Below are positions 18,843-28,428 of a stretch of 64,000 nucleotides of DNA, piece after piece. This DNA comes from Candidatus Zixiibacteriota bacterium (GTDB taxonomy: Bacteria > Zixibacteria > MSB-5A5 > UBA10806 > 4484-95). Location of the stretch: contig JBBIRK010000005.1 in the NCBI GenBank assembly GCA_037441845.1, positions 160,001 to 224,000 on the forward strand, read 5' to 3'. The translations under genes were made by a program, and so were the position numbers. The notes beneath the pieces are model-generated. The model was given only the letters and a program-made list of their open reading frames with translations, was not told the DNA's origin and did not search any database. Each line of letters opens with the position of its first letter. The stretch's first letter is position 1.

Positions 18843-19536
18843 GGCTATCTCCGATTTTTGGGGCTATTCCCGCGACAACCAGCACGAATTCACCCTTAGG
18901 CACGGCGTCTTCGAAAATTTTTTGCAATTCCGCCACGGTTCCCCGGTATGATTGTTCGAATTTCTTGGTCAATTCGCGCCCGATATAGGCTTGCCTTTGC
19001 CCGAACAATTCGGCCATTTTCGCCAATGTTTTTTTAAGCCTGCGTCCCGATTCGAAAAAGACCATGGTCCGTCTCTCTTCCGCCAGTTCCTGTAATCGAC
19101 GGCCGAGTTTTCCGGAGGATCGCGGCGGATAACCCTCAAAACAAAATCGGTCGGTCGGCAGGCCGCTTGCCACCAGACCGGCAAGCAACGCGGACGGTCC
19201 CGGTACCGGAATCACCTCGAGCGAATTCTCGATACACATCCGAACGATTCGGTACCCTGGATCCGAAATCAAAGGAGTGCCGGCATCGCTTGCCAAAGCA
19301 ACGTCGCCGCCCTCGAGCAAAACTTTCAGCAACATTTGCGCCGATTTTTCCTCGTTGTGCTCATGATAGGAAACGAGCCTGTTTTTCACTCCTATCTGTT
19401 TCAACAACAATCCGGTTCGCCGGGTATCCTCAGCGGCGATCAAATCCACGTCCTGCAACACTTCGATCGCCCGCCGGCTGATATCTTTCATATTGCCGAT
19501 CGGCGTAGATACGATAAACAGGTTCCCGCGGTTCAT
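18838..19536 (-). CDS. rsmI: 16S rRNA (cytidine1402-2'-O)-methyltransferase
   Basis: TPIGNMKDIS, AAEDTR, SDAGTPLISDPG, PGPSA, RELTKKFE. Confidence 0.95.
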   Translation of the reverse strand: MNRGNLFIVSTPIGNMKDISRRAIEVLQDVDLIAAEDTRRTGLLLKQIGVKNRLVSYHEHNEEKSAQMLLKVLLEGGDVALASDAGTPLISDPGYRIVRMCIENSLEVIPVPGPSALLAGLVASGLPTDRFCFEGYPPRSSGKLGRRLQELAEERRTMVFFESGRRLKKTLAKMAELFGQRQAYIGRELTKKFEQSYRGTVAELQKIFEDAVPKGEFVLVVAGIAPKIGDSH

Positions 19537-19763
19537 CCACTATTTCCGATCCGACACGTTTTTGTCATCAATTCTTTCAACGCCGTCGAATTATCTTTTC
19601 GATTCTCCGAATGCGGTCTTTGATAATATCAGCATGCCGACCGCCAGGCAAGCAAAATGATACGCCTTGCAGTTCTCACCTGAACCTTTATTGCCCGTCG
19701 TCGATACGGGATGACTTTCCCTCGCTATCCCCCTGCCGGATCGAATCAAACCGGTTATTTGGA

Positions 19764-19792
19764 TTGACAGCAGCAAGCTATGCGGGTATTTT
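19764..19792 (+). promoter_or_regulatory. Sigma70-like promoter of ssb
   Basis: TTGACA-N17-TATTTT, followed by a GGAGG Shine-Dalgarno and the ATG at 19821. Confidence 0.55.
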
Positions 19793-19820
19793 AACCAAAA
19801 AAATAACCCGCGGAGGCAAT

Positions 19821-20231
19821 ATGGCTTCAGTAAATAAGGCTATTCTTATCGGCAACCTCGGCAGCGATCCCGAACTGCGATATACGCCATCGGGCCAAGC
19901 CGTGGCCTCGTTCAGAATCGCCACCAGCGACCGCTGGCGCGACAAGGATGGACAGGTTCAGGAACGAACCGACTGGCATAATATAGTTTGCTGGGGACGC
20001 CAAGCGGAGATCGCCAATCAATATCTGAAAAAGGGACGGCCGGTCTATATCGAGGGCAGAATCCAGCATCGCAGTTATGAGGACAAAGACGGGAACAAAA
20101 GATTCATCACTGAGGTGATCGCCCAAAGGCTGCAACTCCTTGGCGGGCGCGCGGAGGCCGACAGCTCCGTGCCGGAAATTCCGGAGGCCCCTCCGGAGAC
20201 AACCGGCGAGGATGATGATTTGCCTTTTTAG
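19821..20231 (+). CDS. ssb: Single-stranded DNA-binding protein
   Basis: MASVNKAILIGNLGSDPELRYT, TDWHNIV, C-terminal DDDLPF. Confidence 0.97.
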   Translation: MASVNKAILIGNLGSDPELRYTPSGQAVASFRIATSDRWRDKDGQVQERTDWHNIVCWGRQAEIANQYLKKGRPVYIEGRIQHRSYEDKDGNKRFITEVIAQRLQLLGGRAEADSSVPEIPEAPPETTGEDDDLPF

Positions 20232-20265
20232 CAGGACTATGAATTGACGCCGAATTAGTCTTGTT

Positions 20266-22068
20266 ATGAGGCGGTATTCGTTCATGGCGGCGGCCGGGGT
20301 TACACTCCTTGCCGCCATCGTTTATTACTGGGCATCGGCCCCTGGAGTTACCTATATCGATTCCGGCGAACTGGCGGCAAATTGCGCCAGTCTCGGCATC
20401 GCGCATCCCACCGGATACCCACTATACGTCTGTCTGGGCCGCCTGGCCGTGCTTTTGCCGGGATTGAATGCGATCAAAGGTTGCATTTTGCTTTCGGTAT
20501 TATTGGCGGCGTTTGCGGCAGGAGCTCTTTGTTATCTAATAAATCTCACGAGCGATGGCAAATCAGGAAAGCATTTTAGGATCGCGTCGGCCGCGGCGGC
20601 GCTTTTCATCTCGCTGGCTCCGGTCTGGTGGTCTCAGGGCACTGTCAACGAAGTTTACGGTTTGACCTTGCTGCTGAACCTGCTGACGCTTTGTCTTGCA
20701 ATAATGTTTCTCGGGCAAGGCAAAGTGCGCTATCTGATTGCCATGTTCTACCTTTGGGGATTGTCGCTCGGCTCTCACCTGAGTTCGATTTTTCTCTTGC
20801 CGGCGATCGCCTATGCGCTCTGGATTAAAGGGGCATTTTCCCGCAGGATGCGAACGAAACTGATGATCGCCGTGCTTTTCGGTATGATCGCATTGACAAT
20901 TTATCTTTACCTGCCCATACGTTCGGCTCATAAGCCCTTCTTGAATTGGAGCAACCCCGCCACCTGGCAGGGATTTCTCAATCATATTACCGGTTGGCAG
21001 TATCGCGTCTGGATGTTCACCTCGATTGACCACATGGTCAAAGGCATAGCTTACTTCAGGAAATTGATTTTTGCGCAAATCGGCCTTGTCGGCATTTTGC
21101 TGGCGGTGGTCGGTGGGATCGTTTCATTGCGCAAAAACCGAATGGTTGCAGTCATGATGTTCTTGATAATCGCCGCCGACGTTCTTTATAGCGCCAATTA
21201 TGAAATACCGGATATCGATGCTTATTACTTGATAGCGTTCGCCGCGACGGCCGTTTTAGTCGCCCATGGAATCGCGGCGACAGCCGGAATTATCGGACGA
21301 CTTTTTTCGCGAAATCGATCCGGACAGCTTCCTATGTACACGGCGATCACTATAGGATTGGGAATTTGCCTCTGGAGCTTTATATCCGGCATAAGATATC
21401 AGAACAGAAACGGGGATCGACTGGCCGAAAACGGCGTTAGCAACTTGCTTGATTCGTGCCCGGAAAAGGCCATCGTATTTATCGAAAACTGGGACATTTA
21501 CTCACCCTGGCTGTATTACCGCTATGTCGAGAACAGACGACCCGATGTGGTCTTTATCGATAAGGAATTGTTGAGGAGGTCCTGGTATGTCGATTTTTTG
21601 TTTCGTTATCATCCGGAAATAATGGCTGGAGCCCGTAAAGCCGCCGATAGATTTCTGCAATTGCTGAAGCCGTTTGAGACGGGCGGCCGCTATGACGGAG
21701 CGGCGCTTACGGAGGCGATGGTGACTTTAATCAAGGCCATTATAGAAAACAATAAACCTGCTCGGCCGATCTGCACGAATTTTATCGGGGGCCAGTTTTT
21801 CGAATTTCAAAAAATATATCTGCCTTCGGGGGCGCTGTTTTATCTGGCGGACAGCCTTTATTATATCCCCTCGGATACATCGATTATCGACATCTCGGCA
21901 TGGGAAAAAGGAGGCCCGCTGGTGGACAACCGGGCGAAAGTCGTGCTTGGACAGATACAGCGGGTCGTCACCTCAAGGGTCATCTATTGCCAGAATTTCG
22001 AGCGGCAGGCGGAATCGGCTGCCTGGCGACGGCTGGCCGAGCGGATCCGGAGGATCATGACGAAATAA
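20266..22068 (+). CDS. DUF2723 / TMEM260-like multi-TM GT-C glycosyltransferase
   Basis: DSGEL..GIAHPTGYPLY, EVYGL, YLYLPIRS..P.LNWSNP.TW motifs, about 11 TM helices, soluble C-terminus. Confidence 0.8.
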   Translation: MRRYSFMAAAGVTLLAAIVYYWASAPGVTYIDSGELAANCASLGIAHPTGYPLYVCLGRLAVLLPGLNAIKGCILLSVLLAAFAAGALCYLINLTSDGKSGKHFRIASAAAALFISLAPVWWSQGTVNEVYGLTLLLNLLTLCLAIMFLGQGKVRYLIAMFYLWGLSLGSHLSSIFLLPAIAYALWIKGAFSRRMRTKLMIAVLFGMIALTIYLYLPIRSAHKPFLNWSNPATWQGFLNHITGWQYRVWMFTSIDHMVKGIAYFRKLIFAQIGLVGILLAVVGGIVSLRKNRMVAVMMFLIIAADVLYSANYEIPDIDAYYLIAFAATAVLVAHGIAATAGIIGRLFSRNRSGQLPMYTAITIGLGICLWSFISGIRYQNRNGDRLAENGVSNLLDSCPEKAIVFIENWDIYSPWLYYRYVENRRPDVVFIDKELLRRSWYVDFLFRYHPEIMAGARKAADRFLQLLKPFETGGRYDGAALTEAMVTLIKAIIENNKPARPICTNFIGGQFFEFQKIYLPSGALFYLADSLYYIPSDTSIIDISAWEKGGPLVDNRAKVVLGQIQRVVTSRVIYCQNFERQAESAAWRRLAERIRRIMTK

Positions 22069-22398
22069 CTTCGGGCGAACGGCCGTTCACGACGTCTTTC
22101 ATGCCGGATCTTTACATCTTCGCATCTAATCCTACCGACCCAAATCGCCGATGAATCGGCTGAATATATCGCCATTATTCAAAATCATAATATAGATTTT
22201 TGCTGAAATAGAAAAAAGGCAATCGGATTGATAAGGCTTCGTTTGCAGGCAATACGCGTTCAAGTTTAGTCGTATTGACATGCCGCGAGAAAATAATGCT
22301 TAATTATGTAGCGGATTATGTCGGATTATCGAAGCCGATGATACGATTCAAACTTGGTAAGCCGAAGCCGTATGCGCGACATCGGCGCATTGATGGAT

Positions 22399-23115
22399 TT
22401 AATATCGCGCCAGCATATCGGCCGCCTGCTTGGCCTCATCAGTGCCCGGATAATCTTTCACCACATCTTGAAAATATTGTTTGGCCTTGGTCTTTAATTT
22501 CTGATTGAAAAGAGACATCCCAAGTTTATATTTGGCCGCCGCTATTTTCTCGGAATCGGGGTAATCTTTCAGCAGGCGCTCATAAATCGCTTGGCTCTTG
22601 GCGTAATCTTTTTGGGTATAATGACATTCGCCGATCCAGTAGAGCGCGTTGTCGGAACGGGCGGTTTTCGGATAGCGCGCGAGAAATTCCTCGAATCCTT
22701 TTATGGCCATCTTATAATCGCCGCGAGTCAGGTCCAAATAGGCCGCCTTATAAAGTCTGTCCGCATCGATATTGCCGGTTTGCGCTGTATCCGATCCTGC
22801 TATTGGCGCCGATTTCGTCTCGATCTTTTCGACGGCCTGATTCACCAGCGCGCCGGCGTCGGCCAATCTCGATTCCACCTGCGACATTTTCTGCTGGAGT
22901 TCTTCCATGCCGCTGTTAAACTCGGCTTTCAGCCGGCGTGAATTGACGACCTGTTCCGCCATCAGCGAATCCAACCTGACCAGCATCGATTTCATTTCCT
23001 GCTGCTCCGCAGCCAATTCGTCAAGCCTAAGCTGCACGTTGGACATCTGGCGATGGGTCGCGCATCCGCCCAAAAAGAGCAAGGCTAACGGATAAAAGAC
23101 AAAAAAGCGTTTCAT
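22399..23115 (-). CDS. cpoB: Tol-Pal-associated TPR protein CpoB/YbgF
   Basis: Lipobox-like LGGC, coiled coil, TPR with NALYWIGECHY. Downstream of pal. Confidence 0.88.
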   Translation of the reverse strand: MKRFFVFYPLALLFLGGCATHRQMSNVQLRLDELAAEQQEMKSMLVRLDSLMAEQVVNSRRLKAEFNSGMEELQQKMSQVESRLADAGALVNQAVEKIETKSAPIAGSDTAQTGNIDADRLYKAAYLDLTRGDYKMAIKGFEEFLARYPKTARSDNALYWIGECHYTQKDYAKSQAIYERLLKDYPDSEKIAAAKYKLGMSLFNQKLKTKAKQYFQDVVKDYPGTDEAKQAADMLARY

Positions 23116-23166
23116 CGTTATAATATACTCCTTAGTCACCGCCGAAGTTCATACCGCTAATTCAAG

Positions 23167-23196
23167 AAAAAAGGGGACACGGCTTTGCGTGTCCCC
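23167..23196 (-). terminator. Intrinsic terminator downstream of pal
   Basis: Minus strand GGGGACAC-GCAAAGCC-GTGTCCCC followed by TTTTTT. Confidence 0.8.
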
Positions 23197-23318
23197 ATGG
23201 CGAACTTTCGCGGATCACCGTTTGATTTAGTGGTGCCTTGGCGGCGACATTCGCGAAACCGAACCTTGGTCGTCCCGAAACCTGCACCTTGCGCGGTTCA
23301 AAAACAGCATGCGGTGCT

Positions 23319-23822
23319 TTATTCGGAAACGATATGGAATTCGGCCCGGCGGTTCTTCGCCCAGGCGTCCTCGTTGCTTCCGAATGCCACAGGTTTCGAT
23401 TCGCCGTAACTGATAATCGAAATCCTATCGGCGGCGATGCCGTAATTTATCAAGTAATCTCTGGCGGTCGCGGCGCGTTTTTCGCCGAGAGCCATGTTAT
23501 ACGCATCGGAACCGCGTTCGTCGCAATGGCCCTCTATTCTAATCACCGCCGTTGACCTTTCCTGCAATGCGGCGGCGTTTTGGGCCATAATATCCCGGGC
23601 ATCCGGCCGTAGATTGTACTTGTCAAAATCGAAATGTATGGTCGTAAGTTCGGGCTTTGGCGCCGGTGGTGGTGGTGGTGGTGGCGGCGGCGGCGGCGGC
23701 GTAGTAGTATCGGCAACCGGTGGCGGCGGCGGTGGGGGAGGCGGTTGTTTCTTGGGACAACCGCTAAATAAAACCGCCAGCATTAAAGCCAGCATCATCA
23801 GAACAGCAATTTTCTTCATCAC
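23319..23822 (-). CDS. pal: Peptidoglycan-associated lipoprotein Pal with poly-Pro linker
   Basis: Lipobox FSGC, IHFDFDK, IEGHCDERGS..YNMALGEKRA, SYGESKP, NRRAEF. Confidence 0.95.
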   Translation of the reverse strand: MMKKIAVLMMLALMLAVLFSGCPKKQPPPPPPPPPVADTTTPPPPPPPPPPPPAPKPELTTIHFDFDKYNLRPDARDIMAQNAAALQERSTAVIRIEGHCDERGSDAYNMALGEKRAATARDYLINYGIAADRISIISYGESKPVAFGSNEDAWAKNRRAEFHIVSE

Positions 23823-23852
23823 GTATTACCTCCTTTATTCGAAACAGGTTTA

Positions 23853-25178
23853 TTAGTGCAAATTCGGTGACCAATCCGGGGATTTGCATTCGCCGCCGAT
23901 CGGGAGTTTGGTCTTTCCGGTACCGTCATAATTCATTATCCACAATCCCCGTTCACCATCGGCGTTCGATGAATAAACGATATGAAGACCATCCGGCGAC
24001 CATGAAGGCGCCTCGTTCGATCCCCAATCCGTCAATTTATAAGCATTTTGTCCGGTAATGTCAACTGCATAAATCTGAAACAACCCGTTCTCCCTCGAAG
24101 TGTAGGCTATCAAATCGCCGCGGGGTGACCACGCCGGTTCAGTATTGTAATCGCCGAGATAAGTCAACCGCCGCGTATTCGCGCCCTCGATATCGGCTAT
24201 GTAAATCTGAGGGCTGCCGCTTCTATCGGAGGTGAAAGCCATTTGACGCGAATTCGGCGACCATGTCGGCGAGGTATCGATCGAAGGCGAAAAAGTCACT
24301 TGGCGCAATATTTTTCCGCTCTTGCTGTCTATAAGATAAATCTCGGCGTTCTCTTCGAACGATAACACCACCGCCAGATAATTGCCATCGGGGGACATAG
24401 CGGCTTCATAATTTAGACCTTGACGGGTGGATATGGCGTTAATCGAGCTTTGTAGAAAATCGATATAATAGAGATCGGGATTCCCTCGGCTATACGAAGT
24501 GAAAAAAAGTCCGTTGCCGGCGCTGCTCCACGAAGGTAATAGATTCAGGGTGTTACGGAATCTCGAATCGCTCAATGCCGGGATAGGATTGTATCCATCG
24601 AAATCGCAAACGTAAATTTCAGAATTATTCCCCGATTTAACGACGTAGGCTATTTTCGAAAAAAACACGCCCCTTTCCCCGGTCAATGTATATAGAAGAT
24701 CATCGGCTACGCGGTGGGCAAGATACCTAAATCGCCCCGGCTCGCCGAGGAATTCGTGGGAATAAACCAATCGGTTGCGCATCACGTCCACAACCTCGAC
24801 ATTCATCGCCAGCATAGACTCGTTTTTCGTCAGTCGGCAATCGATCAGCATCTGCGCCCCCACATATATCCAATCGTCCAGGCTCATATGCCCGCGGGCA
24901 AAATCGTGCAGAAACGCCGAATCGGGCCGCACGATGTTGAAATACAACGTGAATAACAAATCGCGCTCGAGAATCCGTCTTAGGCTATCTGCGATCGCCG
25001 AATCGGCCGAATCGAATCCTTGATCCAATTCGAATGGATTTATCGCCAAAGTAACCAGCGATATGGCCGGACCCTTGATTATTACGCCGCTCACGTCGGT
25101 TTTCTGGGCGATGGCGGGAGAAATTGCGAAAATCTCCGCCAGAGCGAATATCCAAATCGCCAGCAGACACTTTTTCAT
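23853..25178 (-). CDS. tolB: Tol-Pal beta-propeller protein TolB
   Basis: AHRVAD..LTGERGVF.SKIAYV, repeated P-x-WSP (PD40) motifs. Upstream of pal. Confidence 0.92.
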   Translation of the reverse strand: MKKCLLAIWIFALAEIFAISPAIAQKTDVSGVIIKGPAISLVTLAINPFELDQGFDSADSAIADSLRRILERDLLFTLYFNIVRPDSAFLHDFARGHMSLDDWIYVGAQMLIDCRLTKNESMLAMNVEVVDVMRNRLVYSHEFLGEPGRFRYLAHRVADDLLYTLTGERGVFFSKIAYVVKSGNNSEIYVCDFDGYNPIPALSDSRFRNTLNLLPSWSSAGNGLFFTSYSRGNPDLYYIDFLQSSINAISTRQGLNYEAAMSPDGNYLAVVLSFEENAEIYLIDSKSGKILRQVTFSPSIDTSPTWSPNSRQMAFTSDRSGSPQIYIADIEGANTRRLTYLGDYNTEPAWSPRGDLIAYTSRENGLFQIYAVDITGQNAYKLTDWGSNEAPSWSPDGLHIVYSSNADGERGLWIMNYDGTGKTKLPIGGECKSPDWSPNLH

Positions 25179-25186
25179 TAGCGGCA

Positions 25187-25215
25187 AGTATATTAAACAC
25201 GGTTATCGCTGTCAA
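25187..25215 (-). promoter_or_regulatory. Sigma70-like promoter of tolB (near-leaderless)
   Basis: Minus strand TTGACA-N17-TATACT ending 8 nt before the ATG at 25178. Confidence 0.65.
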
Positions 25216-25498
25216 TCGATACATTGACGAATTTGCCGAAATATAGAATAACATCAAGTTTTATGGGGACATCATAATCAGATACAAGCGATAAACGACT
25301 TTTGAATACTGACATCCGATAATTTAACGATCATTCAGGCTAAGGCGATTATCCGAACGTTATTGCCGAATACGAGAGAAACGGCATGCAGGTCGAAAAA
25401 GAAAATCGTCTATATAATGGTAGTAGATGCTTCTCAGGCACGCACCGCAAAATCAAGCATCCACTTTTCCGGCTCTCGAACACCGTCGAATTTACAAT

Positions 25499-27961
25499 CT
25501 ATCGACAGCTTCCCCTGATAGGGGCTGAGCCCAGACCTTTGAAATAGCGAACGAGATAAGTCACGTCACCGGCCATGACCAAGCAGTCGCCATTGGCGTC
25601 ACCCGCCAATATCGGATTCGGGGGCGGATTCGTCCCCTTGAAATATCCCACCAAATAGGTTACATCCGAACCTCTTACGGAACCGTCACGGTTGGCATCG
25701 CCAGGCAGGTATGCCAAAGTATCGACCAAAGTAGTCGTCTCGCCGGCGCCGCTGAAATTCTCGACGTTGCCGACATTATCGATGCTTAAAGCCTCGAAAC
25801 GATAAGTCTCGCCGTGATCGCCCACATAAATCGCTGAAGTCTCCGCAACGTTATTCAGCCATAAAAACCAAGCCTCGGCGTTGATTTTTACCCAGACGTC
25901 ATACATTCCCGACAACCCGGAGCCGCCGGTGTCCATCCCCCTTGTCCAATTCACCACAAAGGATCGGCTGGCCGAGGTTTCGGGCGAAATCGCCATGGAG
26001 TTTTGCGGCCTTATTCCGTCGAACTGCAATACCGCCATTGCGAAATTTTGATGATTAACGTTGCCGGCATTGTCTTGAAGCCAAACGTATAAATTGGTCA
26101 CCCCGGAAACGCTGAGCGTAATAGTTGACGGTGAATAGGGCATCGATCCGGTAGTGTCGAAATAATTGGTCGGCGGCAAACCAAGACGATAAAGCGCGCG
26201 TCTTATGCCGCTGAAATCACTCGGATTGCTCCAATTGATTTCGAAAACAGGATTCGAAGTCCAAGGGCTGGGGTTTGCGCCGTTGGCCAGCAAGTTCGTC
26301 GGAGCCCCGGGCGCGGTGGCGTCTATGCCTATCGTCCAAACGCTGGACCATCCCGACCAAGCCGTGCCGTTGAATGCCCTCACCCTCCAGTAGAAAATCG
26401 CCTCCGCCATATTGGTTGCCGGTGTATACTGCGATACGGTAAGATTGCTGTTTTCGAATTCGGGAGAGGCGAAATTTGAGTTATTGTCGATCTGAATGTG
26501 GTAACGGGTAGCCCCGGCAACGTCAGAAAAATCGAAAGACGGTCGGCGATTACTGCTATACGATCCATTTTGGGGTGAAATCTGCGCCGGGGCCGAGGGT
26601 GCATTGATTACCGCCAAATCCGCGGTCATTATTTGCGCCGAATTAGATATGTTGGTGATCGCTACATAGGTGTTGGCATCGCTGTAGCTACGCGAGTTCG
26701 GCGTGCTGGTATTATTGAATGTGCGGTTGACGGAGCTTCCCGGGTAAGGATCGCCGTTGTCTCCGCTGTTGATATCCTGTTCCAAGTCCCAATCGCCGTC
26801 AGCCTGCTCGAGAGCAACCTGGTAATGGCCGTTGTCGGTGTATCCCGGATACCATTGATTGTTGTTTCCACTGACCGAATTATCCACGTGATAAATCAGA
26901 AGCCCTTGGGACGGCAAGGCGGCATCGTAACTGGTCTGCCGGCGATTCTCAACCAGAAAGTATTGGTTGCCGGATGCCCCGCCCGTCCAGAGCCTATAGA
27001 CCACTCCTGAATCCACCACCGCGGGGATCTGCACCCCAGTGCTGTTGGTGGTTACGTTGATTGCCGAAGCGAAACCGAGAAAAACCCGCGAATAAGCATC
27101 CGGGAATGCAGGAGAGTTGCCGTTAGTGCCGTTCCAGCTTCCACCAGCCATCAAAGACCAATTGCCCAGCCCGCGCGAATCGTAGTCGTAATCGTAAAAA
27201 TCGGGCAAGCCGAATACATGTCCGAGCTCATGGGCATACACGCCGCAGGTCATATCGCCCGGGCTCGACCAGTATTCCGGTTCCATCGAATAACCGTTGA
27301 CCCAAACGCCGTCCACGTAGGGATCGAACACGCATTCCCAGGCGTGCGACCATATGTCATTGACGCTTCCGCTGTACTCAGCCCCGCGCCCGGCATGGAC
27401 GATAAAAAGCGCATCTACGGTTCCGTCTCCGTCGTTATCATATTGGGAAAAATCCACGGATGAATTCACTGCCCAAACCGCATCCTCGGCCAACTTCTGG
27501 GCATTATGCGGATAGCTGCCGAATCCATAATTGCCATCGACATAATAAGCATAGGTTTGCGGCATCGTTCGCCAACCCAGCGCCGATGGCAGATTCACGG
27601 TTATGATATCGAGACTGCCGCGCGATGCGGCCGAATAAAAATTGCGCACAGTGTTTCCGGTGGCGCCGAAAATCAGATTGTCGAAAGATGACGCCGCGGT
27701 TTGATTATTCTTATCCGTGAACTTAACCAGAATCGCCAGCGCCTTGAACTGCCCGGTAGGCTGATCGAGCGCCGCCATGCGGTTCGGTTTGCCCTGATCG
27801 ATCCCTCTTTCAACGAAAAAGTTAGGATCCTGCATGAAGACCGGTTTTTCGATTTCCCCCCTATCGATCATTTCGATCACTCTCGGGTGAGGCGGCATGG
27901 CTAAGGCCGTAACCGCCGATAAGCCGATCACCCAAATTGCCACCGAGCGGATTTTATTCAT
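25499..27961 (-). CDS. Secreted M6 (immune inhibitor A-like) metalloprotease with Fn3/Ig-like domains and a C-terminal dockerin-like domain
   Basis: Signal peptide, DFSQYDNDGDG, HELGHVFGLPD zinc motif, WSLMAGGSW Met-turn, YFLVENR, duplicated GDAN.D....DVTYLV.YFKG. Confidence 0.9.
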   Translation of the reverse strand: MNKIRSVAIWVIGLSAVTALAMPPHPRVIEMIDRGEIEKPVFMQDPNFFVERGIDQGKPNRMAALDQPTGQFKALAILVKFTDKNNQTAASSFDNLIFGATGNTVRNFYSAASRGSLDIITVNLPSALGWRTMPQTYAYYVDGNYGFGSYPHNAQKLAEDAVWAVNSSVDFSQYDNDGDGTVDALFIVHAGRGAEYSGSVNDIWSHAWECVFDPYVDGVWVNGYSMEPEYWSSPGDMTCGVYAHELGHVFGLPDFYDYDYDSRGLGNWSLMAGGSWNGTNGNSPAFPDAYSRVFLGFASAINVTTNSTGVQIPAVVDSGVVYRLWTGGASGNQYFLVENRRQTSYDAALPSQGLLIYHVDNSVSGNNNQWYPGYTDNGHYQVALEQADGDWDLEQDINSGDNGDPYPGSSVNRTFNNTSTPNSRSYSDANTYVAITNISNSAQIMTADLAVINAPSAPAQISPQNGSYSSNRRPSFDFSDVAGATRYHIQIDNNSNFASPEFENSNLTVSQYTPATNMAEAIFYWRVRAFNGTAWSGWSSVWTIGIDATAPGAPTNLLANGANPSPWTSNPVFEINWSNPSDFSGIRRALYRLGLPPTNYFDTTGSMPYSPSTITLSVSGVTNLYVWLQDNAGNVNHQNFAMAVLQFDGIRPQNSMAISPETSASRSFVVNWTRGMDTGGSGLSGMYDVWVKINAEAWFLWLNNVAETSAIYVGDHGETYRFEALSIDNVGNVENFSGAGETTTLVDTLAYLPGDANRDGSVRGSDVTYLVGYFKGTNPPPNPILAGDANGDCLVMAGDVTYLVRYFKGLGSAPIRGSCR

Positions 27962-28428
27962 ATGAACTCCCCGAAATTACCTAAATGGCCCGCTTTGAAG
28001 ATCGGGCCCGAAATTGAACTCCGTAACCATAATTTATCGCAAACCGCCGATTTTACAAGCGCAAAAATTCGGGAAATCGATATTAGGAAAATTATCAACA
28101 GAACCACCGCCGCAAGTAACCATATCTGCCATGAATAACATTCAAATCCGCCATGAAGTTTCTTTTATTGCCCCAAAAGGCAAGATATTCGCGAATCATG
28201 CCGTTTTCCACTTCAAAGACATGCCACCGGCATTCGAAACAATCAACCGGAATGAGATAATCATTGAGAGCAAAGCATATCGCCCACTAAGCTTCTCTCT
28301 GTTCGTCAATTATTACAATAGGTCGAAAACAATAGCAGGTGAATCGCCTATCGATAACAGAAAGCCTGCTTTAAGACTTCGCGTAAACAATAACGATTAT
28401 AATTCGGTCGAACTCTAAATTAGTTTTC

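Noticed and set aside
19537..19760. RNase P RNA upstream of rsmI (GAGGGAAAGTC-like stretch)
   Set aside because: The region is too short and lacks the conserved 3' P4 strand (ACAGAA..CGGCTTA).
22275..22305. TTGACA promoter pointing antisense into cpoB
   Set aside because: No -10 hexamer at acceptable spacing and no credible downstream ORF.
23175..23230. c-di-GMP-I riboswitch (GAAA loop followed by GGGACACGCAAAGCC)
   Set aside because: The resemblance runs straight into the terminator stem, with no P3 or tetraloop receptor and no proper P1.
28014..28418. 134-aa plus-strand ORF between the M6 protease and glyQS
   Set aside because: TTG start without a Shine-Dalgarno, no recognisable motif, and it overlaps the protease promoter region. 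It cannot be supported without a homology search.
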